From NCBI GenBank assembly GCA_964016885.1, contig CAXHJY010001696.1, positions 43,348-107,347 on the forward strand: DNA of 64,000 nucleotides, given 5' to 3'. A program made the translations under genes and the position numbers. Origin of the DNA: Eledone cirrhosa (taxonomy: Eukaryota). Within the stretch, counting starts at the first letter, position 1, and every line of letters begins with the position of its first letter. Below the pieces are notes generated by a model. The model was given only the letters and a program-made list of their open reading frames with translations. It did no database searches and was not told the DNA's origin. This document shows positions 27,513 to 41,744 of this stretch, piece after piece.

Positions 27513-27543
<31 letters not shown>

Positions 27544-27687
27544 AATATTTACATATATATATATATGTATATATATATATAAATATTTACATATATATAT
27601 ATATATTTTTATAGATATATATATATTTAAATAATTACATATATATATGTAGATATATATATATATATAAATATTTACATATATATA

Positions 27688-27741
<54 letters not shown>

Positions 27742-27833
27742 CATATACATATATATATAAATATTTACACACATATATATATATATATATATGCATTTAT
27801 GCATGCACATATTTTATATATTTATATGCATGC

Positions 27834-27872
<39 letters not shown>

Positions 27873-27984
27873 TGTGTATGTGTGTGTATGTATGTGTGTG
27901 TGTGTGTGGCAGTTGATTAAAGTAGTCTGAGATATAATTGTATTGAAGACGTTTCGACAGTTGAAGGAATTAACTAAAGATTAC

Positions 27985-28179
27985 CTATAATTGGCTGGTT
28001 TAATGATGGTAGCAGAGGAGGACAGAGAGAGGGGGGTGAGATGGGGGGAGGCAATGAGCGAGGGAGAGAGAGGGGGCAGTGACAGATAGAGAGAGAAAGA
28101 GATAGGAGACAATGACAGAGAGAAAGAGAGAGTGAGGGAGAGTGAAGGAGAGAGAGAGAGAGAGAGAGAGGGGGGAAAT

Positions 28180-28210
<31 letters not shown>

Positions 28211-28415
28211 GCAATGAGTGAGCGAGAGAGAGAGAGAGAGAAGCAATGATCGAGAGAGAGAGAAGGCAATGACACACAGAAAGGGCAATATGAGAGAGAG
28301 AGAGAGAGAGAGAGAGAAGAAAATGACAGAGAGAGGGAGAGAGAGAGGCGATAAGAGAGAGAAAGCAATAACACACAGAGAAGGCAATATAAGAGAGAGA
28401 GAAAGCAATTTTCTC
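27985..28415. repeat. (GA)n-based degenerate repeat with gcaatga spacers
   Basis: Directly visible. Confidence 0.8.
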
Positions 28416-28859
28416 TGAAGCAATACACCACATTATAGTAAGGCTTAAAGAATGGCGGCGAATATAGCCAGGTTGTCAAAGCACTGGATTAAATATGCTT
28501 AGCAGTGTCTTGGCAGTATTTGTTCAAATCTCGCTTCATCTCGCCAGCAAAAATGGCGACAATTCTGTCAAACGCTGCGACCGACAGATAGCAAAGACGA
28601 GACGAAAATATCAAATTTATAGAAGCATAGTTTCCTCTGTCCGATATGTATGACTATCTGACTCATATCCTTGTAATTCATAAGGTTTGGTTATTTTCCG
28701 ACTACGCTTTGGGTTCCCAAGCTGTATAGACGAGGAAAATTGTTAGTCAAACTCTATCGTTAAGGTAACAACATATTTGTATGGTATTAGAGAGAAACAA
28801 GGTTCGATTCCTTGTGGGTACCTTTAACAAAATGTTTCCCATCTCTATGGGTATTTTAC

Positions 28860-29061
28860 CTGGTTTTCTCAGCTGCTATCCGTAGCGATCGACTGTTATT
28901 AAATGGGTCTTCCAGCGCATCTCCCTTACCATCCTCAGAGGAAACATTTTCTCCATTCTGTCCGCCGGAGCTGTCGGGCGGCCAGCACGTGGGACCCCAT
29001 TTGCTCACCATAAAGAGAGATTGGGGACTCTTCCGTGTTCGGAAGTGGATCATACACAGTA
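28860..29061 (+). pseudogene. CRE-like non-LTR retrotransposon C-terminal remnant
   Basis: An unlisted frame reads IKWVFQRISLTILRGNIFSILSAG, matching the CRE-type tail WLFQRISLAI.RGNA.SIL. Homologous to 62560-62865 (-). Confidence 0.7.
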
Positions 29062-29204
29062 ACTCTGCTCTACCTACCCACACACATACGTATACATATA
29101 CATATAGTGACTGATATTGACATACCCTAGCGCAAACTTACTAGAGCGGGCTTATACTAGTAAGTTTACGCTAAGCTTTGTAAATATCTTAACACCAAAT
29201 ATTA

Positions 29205-29264
29205 TATTTTATCTGATGAAAGCACACTAAAATGTTGTGTCCTTGAAATACGTATAATAAAATA
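29205..29264 (+). ncRNA. Type-I hammerhead ribozyme (family A)
   Basis: tattttat-CTGATGA-aagcacac...gtgtcctt-GAAA-tacgta-TA-ataaaata. Helix I is perfect and helix III is ATACGTAT. Confidence 0.85.
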
Positions 29265-29438
29265 AATATGGTATTATAAAGATATTTTCCATTTATTAAT
29301 ATTGTTAGAAGTTGTATTTAATTTATTGGAAGTCCGACAAACATAAATGTTTATAACTGATTTAGAGCACTCAACAGATACTGGAGTAGATATTCAATGA
29401 TATTAAATAAATGGAAACTATATTTATAAAACCATATT

Positions 29439-29503
29439 TATTTTATTATATATATTTCAAGGGCAACCAAGACAACATTGGTACGCTTTCATCAGATAGA
29501 ATA
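29439..29503 (-). ncRNA. Type-I hammerhead ribozyme (family A)
   Basis: Near-identical to 26209-26273. 3' hairpin at 29369-29387 (-). The 5' end folds back at 29520-29603. Confidence 0.75.
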
Positions 29504-29937
29504 CAAAGTTTGTTTTATAAATAGAGACGTACCCATGAAAAACATACCTTATCGTTTGGAAATTCACCGATATGGTATGTTTTTCATGGGTACGTCTCTA
29601 TTTATTTGTGTATATATATATATATATATATATATGAATTATAATTAATACTTAATACTATATATATATATATATAATGTTATATACACACACATACATA
29701 CAATGTAAATGACAATCAAAGAGTGTTTAAATCATTTAATTACTCCCGCCTTGTGCCAGGATGAGACGATAGTAAGTAATTAAATGTTTTAAACACTCTT
29801 TGATTGCCATTTACATTGTATTTCGGCTCTGTAGTGTAGTTATTTTACATTGAGCTATTTTCGTACTTGTAACTGGGTAATATCTATTATTACCCACATT
29901 ATATATATATATATATATATTTTTATTTTATAGAAGG

Positions 29938-29988
29938 ACCTTCTACAGGACTAGTACTGTTTCATTCAGATGAAATCTTCAGGAAGCT
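29938..29988 (-). ncRNA. Type-I hammerhead ribozyme (family C)
   Basis: Inverted copy of 30024-30074. Confidence 0.75.
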
Positions 29989-30023
29989 GGGTGTCATATT
30001 AAGTTCATATTAATATGACACCC

Positions 30024-30074
30024 AGCTTCCTGAAGATTTCATCTGAATGAAACAGTACTAGTCCTGTAGAAGCT
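30024..30074 (+). ncRNA. Type-I hammerhead ribozyme (family C)
   Basis: agcttc-CTGAAGA-tttc atct gaat-GAAA-cag tactagtc ctg-TA-gaagct. Confidence 0.85.
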
Positions 30075-30160
30075 CCTTCTATAAAATAAAAATATTTTAC
30101 TCTGCCATGTATTGAGTACCTTACTTACTGTGGTTATCCCCGACTCAACCCGGGACCTAC

Positions 30161-30217
<57 letters not shown>

Positions 30218-30465
30218 TATTGAAGTTTGCTTGAAGCATTGTGGAATAATAAGGTAAATTTCTTTAAGTCGTTTGGAAGCCTCGACAATGCAAATGGGTA
30301 AATCTCCGGGTAACAAGATCCGGTGGTGGAGAGAGAGATGTAAGTGGGTGTACGTTGAGATGCGTGGCGTGTATAAGACGTGTAGAGGAATGAAGGAAAG
30401 AGCGTAAAGGATAAAAATAAAAATAACAACACGAGAGAGAGTTACCTTGGGAGAGATTTAATTGT

Positions 30466-30501
30466 CCCTATATATTTCGGATTCACATCCATCAACTGGG
30501 G
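30466..30501 (-). ncRNA. Degenerate hammerhead
   Basis: Minus strand: ccc-CAGTTGA-t-ggat gtga atcc-GAAA-tata-TA-ggg, with two core substitutions. Confidence 0.4.
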
Positions 30502-30573
30502 GGGTTTTTCCGGGATGGGGGAAAGGTTGTCTGTCGGAAAGGTGCGAAACGCGTCCTCCGCTGTTCGTTGTTT

Positions 30574-30624
<51 letters not shown>

Positions 30625-30684
30625 GCATGTTTGTATGTGTGATCTCTCTCTCTGTCTCTGTCTCTGTCTCACACACACACACAC

Positions 30685-30745
<61 letters not shown>

Positions 30746-30992
30746 GTTTGTATGTGATCTATATATGGGTCACTTCTCCAATCCATGTTTCTACAACAAT
30801 GTATGCATCCTTTATCCTCTCTCTTTCTCTCTATCTCTCTCTCTATCTATCTATCTATCTCTCTACGTATCTATCTATGTATCTATTTCTCTACCTATCT
30901 TACTGTCTCTCTCTCTCTCTATCTCTCTCTCTCTCTTTCTCAAACTCTCATTTTCTCTCTTTCTCTCTCTGAACCAATCTCACTTTCTCTGA

Positions 30993-31047
<55 letters not shown>

Positions 31048-31130
31048 CATTTCGCTCTCTCTCTTTCTCCTAACCTCTCTTATTTCCTCCATCTCTCTCT
31101 CTCTTTCTCCTAACCTCTCTTATTTCCTCT

Positions 31131-31162
<32 letters not shown>

Positions 31163-31483
31163 GCTCTCTCTCTCGCTCTCTCTCCCGCTCTCTCTCTCTC
31201 TCTCTCTCCCCCTCTCTATTTGTATGGAATTAAAGACCATTTTATTCTGTAATCGAACGCCGGCAGCCAACTGCTCTCGTTAAGAAATTGACCAAATCGA
31301 TTTTTAATTACACCTATTTACTGACCGTTAACTATGTATGTATGTATGTTTGTATGTTTGTATGTATGTGTATATACATATGTATATATATTTATATACA
31401 CACACACATGTATGTATGTATGTATGTATGTATGTATGTATGTATGTATATATATATACACATATACACATACATACATATAT

Positions 31484-31790
31484 GATGGCTGCCCCCTTGT
31501 CATCGAGTATGGCCATTGCACGATATACCATTATTAATAATTATTAATTACTTCTATCGTGCAATGCCTGCGCGTGAAGATATTTTTTAAAGTGAGGAAA
31601 GACTGTGCACTGAGCCAATCCCACTCTCTGAGCGACAGTAGCTCTAACCCGAAAAGAAGGAAAGATCAACATCATCGGTAACTACTGAGCCGCAGGTTTT
31701 ATATCGGAGTTATCCCAGTTTCCTGAGTTGCCTTCTCCTAGAAGAATGCCCTGACAAGGCTAGGGGTCCTTCACTCCCAGTGGTTTAACT
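31484..31790 (-). mobile_element. Non-autonomous RTE-derived element, 5'-truncated
   Basis: Reverse complement of about 10345-10647. Confidence 0.7.
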
Positions 31791-31874
31791 GCGTGATCTG
31801 GTGTCCAGCCCGACTATTTCTATGCCCCCGCGCATATATATACACATGCACCCATGTATATACACATATATCTA

Positions 31875-32100
31875 GATTGTCCGTAAAATCGGTAGAGCGT
31901 CGGACAACATGCTTTGCAGCATAGAGTTACGTCTCTTTACGGTCTGAGTTCAAATCCCGCCGAGGTTATCTTTGTCTTTCATCCTTACGAGGTCGATAAA
32001 ATAATGTCCTGGGGTCGATCTAATCGATCTAATCGACTTCCCCCCCCCCCCCCCAAAAAAAAAATACTGGCCTTGTGCTTATACTAGAAAGCATTATTAT
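31875..32100 (+). mobile_element. tRNA-derived SINE
   Basis: aatcggtagagcgtcgg...gagttcaaatcccgccgaggt...ctttcatccttacgaggtcgataaaat...ggccttgtgc, with (TTA)n tail. Confidence 0.85.
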
Positions 32101-32108
32101 TATTATTA

Positions 32109-32310
32109 GGTGGATTGGCATTAATCGGTAGAAGGTCGGACGCCATGCTTTCCAGCATAGTTACGTCCCTTTACAATCTGAGTTCAAATCCCGCCGAGGT
32201 TGACTTTGCCTTTCACCCTTACGGGGTCGATAAAATAGAGTACCAGTAATATACTGGGTAATTGCTGGCCTTGTGCCTAAAGTAGAAACAATTATCATTA
32301 TTATTATTAC
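32109..32310 (+). mobile_element. tRNA-derived SINE (tandem second copy)
   Basis: As 31875-32100, located in the (TTA)n tail of that copy. Confidence 0.85.
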
Positions 32311-32664
32311 AATGAGTTGTGTTCTTTTATGTTTCAATGGAAATCTGTTGTGTTTCATGATCTCAAACTTCCGGTTTCATGATGTAAAACATCCGGTTGA
32401 TTGTCACTATCTCATCTATGGGCAACCATCTAGAACACTGGAGATTCTCTGATGGTGGGAGGTGGCGGTTGGTGAAGGAGGAAAAGGTGTGACGGAAGGG
32501 GCTGGTTGGAAGTGATGGAGGAAGGAAGGTGTGACGGAAGAGGAAGGGGAGAATATCATTACTGGGTCAACCTTGACTTAAAAATACAAAACAACTAATT
32601 CCCCCGGTAATTCGCTCTAACGGTGTGTATATTAATGTACAAATTATATATACTGTATCTATAT

Positions 32665-32754
<90 letters not shown>

Positions 32755-32888
32755 CGGAGGAAATGTGGTAAGGAGCCAGGTGGACCATAACGCACCAAAG
32801 TACTCAATACTTAGGGTAGTACTCAATACTTTAGTCCAGAATTAGCCGTCGAAACGGCTTGAGCTCAGCCGTCGGGGTCCCACTCGTT

Positions 32889-32941
<53 letters not shown>

Positions 32942-32970
32942 GTGATTACATAACAGTTAGTTCACCATAC

Positions 32971-33008
32971 CGAGAACAATTGTTTCACCTTAGCGGATCC
33001 TCAGCTCG
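32971..33008 (-). ncRNA. Minimal type-I hammerhead ribozyme (family I)
   Basis: Reverse complement of 33063-33100. Confidence 0.8.
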
Positions 33009-33062
33009 TAAACCGGTTGATTGTCACTATCTCCTCTATGGGCAACTATCTAGAAGAGATTA

Positions 33063-33100
33063 CGAGCTGAGGATCCGCTAAGGTGAAACAATTGTTCTCG
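33063..33100 (+). ncRNA. Minimal type-I hammerhead ribozyme (family I)
   Basis: cgag-CTGAGGA-t cc gctaa gg t-GAAA-caattg-TT-ctcg. Confidence 0.8.
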
Positions 33101-33197
33101 GTACGGTGAACTAACTGTTGTGTAACCACTTCTACCTAACTCGTCCCATGGACTGAGTGCTCTACCACTCTACGGATATTACCTTCCTGTGTTCTAC

Positions 33198-33282
<85 letters not shown>

Positions 33283-33327
33283 CCTAATCGAGCCCTCTTC
33301 GGATTTTAGTCCCCACATTTATTATTA

Positions 33328-33369
<42 letters not shown>

Positions 33370-33504
33370 TTTTTTTTTCGAATATTAATAGTATTCGATT
33401 CGTTTGCAATTATGCAAACAAGCCTCATTTTTAAAGCCATGTCAGTAATAATATTAATATTCGAAAAACTCAGATTACATTTATTGTATTCAGCCAGATA
33501 GAGC

Positions 33505-33547
<43 letters not shown>

Positions 33548-33684
33548 ATACTTTGGGAGGGTCATGTTGCCAATAAGAAACACACGCACCAGTTGCTTTC
33601 ACTTCAATTTATTATAAAGTATAACAATATCGGTTTCAACACACGATTTCAGATAAAGAATCTTGCTAAACAAATTCAGAAACG

Positions 33685-33721
<37 letters not shown>

Positions 33722-33900
33722 ATATATATATATATATATGATATATATGAATATATTAAATATTTATACTCTGCTTTGTATTGAGTACCTTACTTACTGT
33801 GGTTACCCCTGATTGAACCTGGGATAAACTTATATATGTATATATATGTATATATGTATATATATGAATATATATATGTATATATATGAATATATATATG

Positions 33901-33931
<31 letters not shown>

Positions 33932-33976
33932 ATATATGTATTACCACTACAACCATCACCACCACCAAGACACATC

Positions 33977-34036
<60 letters not shown>

Positions 34037-34154
34037 ACATACAGATCAATAAGATAGTTTTGTGTTCCCTAAATGAACGCGGCTCACCTGATCGGTGGTA
34101 GGATGACACCAATGGCGGATAGGAACAATGGCGGAGTTGATTGAGGTGAACTGG

Positions 34155-35320
34155 GTATACATATACATACTACTACTGAGGATACATACACATATATACA
34201 CTACTGAGGATACATACACATATATACACACACACACATACTACTGAGGAATACATATACATACATATACATACTACTACTGAGGATACATACACATACA
34301 TACACACACACACATACTACTGAGGAATACATATACATACATATACATACTACTACTGAGGATACATACACATATATACACTACTGAGGATACATACACA
34401 TATATACACACACACACATACTACTGAGGAATACATATACATACATATACATACTACTACTGAGGATACATACACATATATATACACTACTGAGGATACA
34501 TACACATACACACACACACACACATACTACTGAGGTATACATACATATACATACTACTACTGAGGATACATACACATATATATACACTACTGAGGATACA
34601 TACACATACATACACACACACACATACTACTGAGGAATACATATACATACATATACATACTACTACTGAGGATACATACACATATATATACACTACTGAG
34701 GATACATACACATACATACATACATACATACACATATACATACTACTACTGAGGATACATACACATACATACACATATACATACTACTACTGAGGATACA
34801 TACACATACATACACATATACATACTACTACTGAGGATACATACACATACATACACTACTGAGGATACATACACATATATATACTGCTGAGGAATACATA
34901 CACATACATACACATATACATACTACTACTGAGGATACATACACATACACAGACATACACATACTACTACTGAGGATACATACACATACATACACTGCTG
35001 AGGAATACATACACATACACTACTGAGGATATATACACATACATACACATATACATACTACTACTGAGGAATACATACACACACACACAGACATACACAC
35101 ACACACAGACATACACACACACATACTACTGAGGTATACATACACACACACATACATATACTACTGAGGAATATACACAGATACACACACACATACTACT
35201 GAGGAGTACACAGACATACACACAGACATACACACACACACATACTACTGAGGAGTACAGACGCACACACACCTAAGGAATACACACACATACTATTGAG
35301 GAATACAGACACACACGCAC
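34155..35320. repeat. Minisatellite (tac)n-tgagga-(tacaca)n
   Basis: More than 30 units containing ctactgagga. Confidence 0.9.
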
Positions 35321-35407
35321 ATATATATAATACAGACAGACATATATACATTTATACCCGCATACATACATGTATTTCTATATATACATTTATACGCATA
35401 CATATAT

Positions 35408-35494
<87 letters not shown>

Positions 35495-35554
35495 AGAGAG
35501 AGAGATATTATGGAATACTGTTGGCTTATTGCTACAAAACTTTCTATAACTTTC

Positions 35555-35610
<56 letters not shown>

Positions 35611-35785
35611 ACATTGATAAAGATATGTATATATATGTAGGAGGTGAGTTTTATTGTAGTACAATAAAGCAATGCAGATATCGGATAAGAAGCACTCTAC
35701 AGTTTGTGCAGTTTTAAATCAACATATGTTGATTTAAAACTGCACCATCCACAAGTGTTTTTTAACCTTCATATCATGTCTTTCC

Positions 35786-35854
35786 ATTTTATCTGATGAA
35801 AACACAAATGTTATTGCATGATGATATTTGTTTTTGAAATGCGCATAATAAAAT
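35786..35854 (+). ncRNA. Type-I hammerhead ribozyme (family B)
   Basis: attttat-CTGATGA-aaacacaaatgttat...atatttgttttt-GAAA-tgcgca-TA-ataaaat. Its 3' end lies inverted at 35637-35705. Confidence 0.85.
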
Positions 35855-35883
35855 ACATGGAACTCTTTTAACCATCTTTTAAT

Positions 35884-35962
<79 letters not shown>

Positions 35963-36049
35963 ATATGTATGTATATATATATATGTATATATAAAGATAT
36001 GTATGTATATATATATATGTATATATATATATACATTGATAAAGATATG

Positions 36050-36080
<31 letters not shown>

Positions 36081-36102
36081 GTATATATATACATTGATAA
36101 AG

Positions 36103-36171
<69 letters not shown>

Positions 36172-36187
36172 CATTGATAAAGATATG

Positions 36188-36222
<35 letters not shown>

Positions 36223-36249
36223 GTATATATATACATTGATAAAGATATG

Positions 36250-36293
<44 letters not shown>

Positions 36294-36318
36294 TTGATAA
36301 AGATATATATGAATATCT

Positions 36319-36382
<64 letters not shown>

Positions 36383-36703
36383 GTGGGTGTGTGTGAAATA
36401 CAGAGTGACATGTGTAGTATTGATTACTACACAGATATATATATAGATGGGTATATAGAAGGGTAGCAGGGTGGGTTGGTAGAAAGACAGACAGACAGAC
36501 AGATAGACAGCTCGATAGATACATAGATATACAGATAGATAGATACATAGATAGACAGATAGATAGATACATAGATAGATACATAGATATACATAGATCG
36601 ATCGATAGCTCGATAAACGAAGAGACAGTACACATCAATAGAGACTGTCAGCTGTTCTCAAGTTGGTGTCATCACCCAACAATTCAGGTACATACCTTGA
36701 AAG

Positions 36704-36749
<46 letters not shown>

Positions 36750-37041
36750 TACACATATATATATATATATATATTTATATGTATATATATATATATTTAT
36801 ATATATATAGAGAGAGATATATATATACATATATATATAGAGAGATATATATACATATATGTATATATATATATGATATACATATATGTATATATATACA
36901 TGATATATATATATATGATATATATATATGATATATATATATGATATATATATATGTATGATATATATATATGATATATATATATGTATGATATATATAT
37001 ATATATATGTGATATATATATGTATATACGTATACTATTTA

Positions 37042-37095
<54 letters not shown>

Positions 37096-37120
37096 TGACA
37101 GCATAGCAAATACTATAAAA

Positions 37121-37205
<85 letters not shown>

Positions 37206-37618
37206 TGTAAAATAAACAAAAAATAAAATTTAAAAGACTTTAATAAGAGAAGTATTGAGATTCCGAAAGAATATTATTGGAACCGAGTTATTAAGTGAAG
37301 GTCACGTGACAATGTTGTATGTGTCACATATATATATATATATACACACACATGGGGAGGGAAACATACATGCAGACATACATACATACACACATACATA
37401 CGTACGTAAGTACGTGCATGAATGCATGCATACGTATATACATATATATATATATACATGCATGCATATATATTCATATATACATTTATTGAGACCTTGA
37501 GATGCAAACATGCATATACACATACATACATACACATATGCCTACCTACCTACCTGCATACATATACTGTACACACACATATACATACATATATGCATAC
37601 ATATACACACATATACAT

Positions 37619-37920
37619 AATGAGGAGTTTACAAATCCATTATCCAAGATACACCTTTAGCTTCATACCCATCATTATTGGAGCTACGGGTTATATACCA
37701 ACCCGCTTGGACCAAAGTATGACTGAACTTGGATTTGCGGACAAAGGGCGCAGCTCCCTAATTCATAGTCTACAAATGGCTGCGATAGCTGGCACCTTCA
37801 AAATTTGCAAAACATTCTTGCGATTCAAGGGATGACAATTTCTTTTCTTTTACAACCTTGCCACCAGGAAGGTGGCCGGTCAAAAATATATATACTCGAA
37901 ATTAAGAGGAAGAGATAACA
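37619..37920 (+). pseudogene. R4/Dong-like non-LTR retrotransposon 3' end
   Basis: MRSLQIHYPRYTFSFIPIIIGATGYIPTRLDQSMTELGF...AGTFKICKTFLRFKG* (stop at 37835). Preceded by a (CATA)-rich tract. Confidence 0.7.
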
Positions 37921-38529
37921 TATACACGTGGATTAGCCTCCGTTTATGACAAGACAAGAGACAGGCAGACTAGCTCAGTATCCAATCTTCTTCCTAACAA
38001 TAAACTGAACTGAAATGTTAAGAAATAAAACCGTAAAATACTTCAAGTTTTCGTAAAGTGATTGCTGCCATCAATTTCCACGTTTATGTGTGTCTATGAC
38101 CTGTCATTCGACTTTAGTTTGCATCAGGTCACACACGTAAGTCGTTTTATTATTGCTATAACTGATCTAAAGTGGTATCTTTAAACGAAACGTCGCTTTG
38201 TCGGTGAAAGATATCGCTGTTGAAGGCGAGTCATTGTTTAAAAATTTTAACTGGGGTGTCATTATCTTAAAGTTGGTATTAAAAACATTGAAGGAATTTT
38301 ATGAAATGAGTGTGACAATCATAAAATTATCTAGCAAGGAATATTGGTTAAAAGTTGAATAAGTGAATCGATTTAATTCCGAACATTTGATCGGATAATA
38401 ATGTAAATGTTCAAACGTTCAAGTTGAGTTAAACGAAAAGAAACAGAAGACAACAAACAAACAAACAAACAGGAAATCACTTAAATTTTCATTGTATTAT
38501 GTTTGTCTTCTTATCTTGACGTCTGTATT

Positions 38530-38614
<85 letters not shown>

Positions 38615-38700
38615 GAAAAATTGAACAGGGACAGAACAGAGAGGCAGTACGATAAATGTTTATTAAATTCACGCTCAGGAGAGTGGGGGGTAGGTGGGGG

Positions 38701-38732
38701 ACGACGTTTCGGGCATAAGCCCTTCTTCAGGT
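38701..38732 (-). ncRNA. Minimal hammerhead core (GUC)
   Basis: Minus strand: ac-CTGAAGA-a-gggc ttat gccc-GAAA-cg-TC-gt. Helix I is only 2 bp. Confidence 0.6.
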
Positions 38733-38753
38733 GAGAGTTCAAAAGGTGTGTAG

Positions 38754-38783
<30 letters not shown>

Positions 38784-38787
<4 letters not shown>

Positions 38788-38970
38788 AAAAGAGTCAGGA
38801 CCCCGTCGGCTGAGCTTCGGCCGTTTCGACAGCCAGATCCGAACTAAGCCATCAGGCCGGAGCTCTGCCGTCGGAGTCCTGTCTCCTTTCCTATTACCCA
38901 CTCTACTACCCTAAGTATCGAGTACTCTGGTGCGTTATGGTCCATCTGGTTCCTTACCACACTTACTTTG

Positions 38971-38973
<3 letters not shown>
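38784..38973. mobile_element. Family D fold-back module
   Basis: Inverted ggacccc..cggc.gagct arms. The + arm runs to the 3' end. Confidence 0.7.
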
Positions 38974-39012
<39 letters not shown>

Positions 39013-39044
39013 TGTTTTAAATCTGACTACCTTTTATTGCACGC

Positions 39045-39155
<111 letters not shown>

Positions 39156-39324
39156 TAAACACACACATATTTTCACACATACATGAATGAACACACATAT
39201 CTCAATCAGTGTATGACTAAGAGTGTATATATATATATTTACATATATATATATTTTTTTACAAATAAATTACGTAGTGTGTATTCATCTGTATAGATAT
39301 ATATATAGACTTATATGTATATAG

Positions 39325-39380
<56 letters not shown>

Positions 39381-39402
39381 TTATATGTATATAGATATGT
39401 AC

Positions 39403-39500
<98 letters not shown>

Positions 39501-39640
39501 TTATATGTATATAGATATGTACGTATATATTTGTATGTATATATATATATATATAGACTTATATGTATATAGATATGTACGTATATATTTGTATGTATAT
39601 ATATATATATATATAGACTTATATGTATATACATATGTAC

Positions 39641-39696
<56 letters not shown>

Positions 39697-39731
39697 GTAT
39701 ATATATAGAGAGAGAGACAGAGACTTATATG

Positions 39732-39764
<33 letters not shown>

Positions 39765-39861
39765 GAATGAATTTATGAATTATTATTTAACATGACACCT
39801 AAACTATCTCGTTAAAGTTAATAACTCGTAATAATCGCCGAAAGAGTCTCCTTATGGACAT

Positions 39862-39909
<48 letters not shown>

Positions 39910-40562
39910 CATATATATATATATATATTGATAATGGTGGTGTTGGGGGAGACTGTAATAATATGTCTGGAAGGACTGGTGTTGAATTGTTGAGTTAATG
40001 GTTAAGGTGGACGTGACATTGGCGATTGTATGTACACACACACATACACTCATACACACACACACACACACAAAGACACACACACACACACACACACATA
40101 CACTCATACACATTCCTGCCACTAGCGAGGAGCACAGGAACCCTCTACAAGCCGCGTACGAAGCACCCAAACTTCAGCTCTCCCTACGAACTTTACAATC
40201 CAATTCTAGCGACCACGAATAAGCCACGTCATTGTGGTTAGATTATTGCTAGGGTACACCACGCCATTCTTTCTGAGGTGTATAGCTTTATATCTCTGCC
40301 ATAGATCCTGTCTCAACGTTGTCTATAAAATATCAGGAACAAAGCCGTCAGCTGTAAAGATGTCAGCCATTAAAGTTCTTTACTTAAAAGACTTTCTGAC
40401 CACCACCATCACGCCACCTTCCGGCAGAAATGCATCATTAAAATGAATATTAAGAGTAGATAACTACTGTTGGTCTACAGAGAGATGCGTGAAGAATTTT
40501 GCAAGGGAATTCTATCGTATGAAATAAATATTATGATGTATATATGTATGTATATGTGTGTG

Positions 40563-40619
<57 letters not shown>

Positions 40620-40623
<4 letters not shown>

Positions 40624-40830
40624 GGTGTTGGATGCTTAAAGCGTCCGTATGCGGTAGGCCGTATGAGCACTCGATGCTCTCATAGAGCAGAGTATGATAT
40701 CACAGATAAAAAAGAGAATGGAATTTATTTGACATATTACAATCGATTCTCTGGCGACCAACTCGAGGCACGATCGATGTGATGATCGAACCTGACTCTG
40801 AAAATCGCAAGGTCCTCAGATACGACTTGA
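40620..40830 (-). mobile_element. Module with degenerate hammerhead (40733-40824) and perfect 3' bulged hairpin (40669-40693)
   Basis: Minus strand: cgtat-CTGAGGA-...aatcgatt g-TA-atatg with GAAA decayed, and actc-tgctct-atg-agagca-tc-gagt. Confidence 0.55.
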
Positions 40831-40934
40831 TTCTATGAAGTAGATTTTCCTATATATATATATATTTTATGTGTGTTATATATGTTTATATATATAGCCA
40901 TCTCTATATTAAATATATATATATTATATGTCTA

Positions 40935-40989
<55 letters not shown>

Positions 40990-41122
40990 ATAACAAAGGA
41001 ATTGTGGTAAGGAACCGGATGGACCATAACGCACCAAAGTACTCAATACTTAGTGTAGTAGAGTGGGTAATAGGAACAAGAATGACCCTGACGGCAGCTC
41101 TGCCGTCGGAGTCATACTTGTT

Positions 41123-41126
<4 letters not shown>
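40990..41126 (-). mobile_element. Family D module folding back at its helix III loop
   Basis: gacggcag-ct-ctgccgtc centre near 41098. Confidence 0.7.
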
Positions 41127-41192
<66 letters not shown>

Positions 41193-41196
<4 letters not shown>

Positions 41197-41468
41197 GATA
41201 AGCAGAACAAGTAAAATTCAATCAATTTTTCAAAATACATTAAAAAATATAATATAAATATTTACCTCTTCTAGTGGCCCTTAAGAGGTAAATATTTATA
41301 TTATATTTTTTAATGTATTTTGAAAAATTGATTGAATTTTACTTGTTCTGCTTATCTTAATATTAAAGTTCTGGTGTATCAAATTAACACCATTGAACAA
41401 CCTTGAATCATAGACAACCTATGTATTTCTAGGGGTACCTAGTATCCCTGGACATATTAACTTCTACC

Positions 41469-41470
<2 letters not shown>
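41193..41470. repeat. Fold-back (about 78-bp arms, 41193-41362) with + strand extension to (TA)n
   Basis: Arms are reverse complements around ctagtggccctt. The 3' end aacttctac resembles family A. Confidence 0.75.
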
Positions 41471-41499
<29 letters not shown>

Positions 41500-41521
41500 T
41501 TTTTTTCTAATATAGAAATGG

Positions 41522-41623
<102 letters not shown>

Positions 41624-41744
41624 GCACACAAGTATACATACATATGTAAACACACACACTCTCTCTCATATATATATATATATGCACACAAATATACATA
41701 CATATGTACACACACACACTCTCTCTCATATATATATGCTTGTG

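Larger units (their letters stand above)
29917..30160. mobile_element. Family C fold-back module, centre about 30002-30010
   Basis: About 85-bp inverted arms, each with a hammerhead. The + arm continues through the hairpin at 30099-30117 to (TA)n. Confidence 0.85.
32938..33200. mobile_element. Fold-back hammerhead module (family I)
   Basis: Arms 32938-33010 / 33060-33134. 3' hairpin at 33139-33158. The spacer sequence recurs at 32393-32434. Confidence 0.8.

Noticed and set aside
27945-27962. GAAAcgTC half-site on - (similar halves at 30546-30559 + and 52743-52760 -)
   Set aside because: The 5' core half was not found, so these are counted only as probable truncated remnants.
40110-40445. 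GC-balanced island, possible LINE endonuclease remnant (GGVMVVVRKS on -)
   Set aside because: Only one weak motif with multiple stops, so it cannot be assigned without a search.
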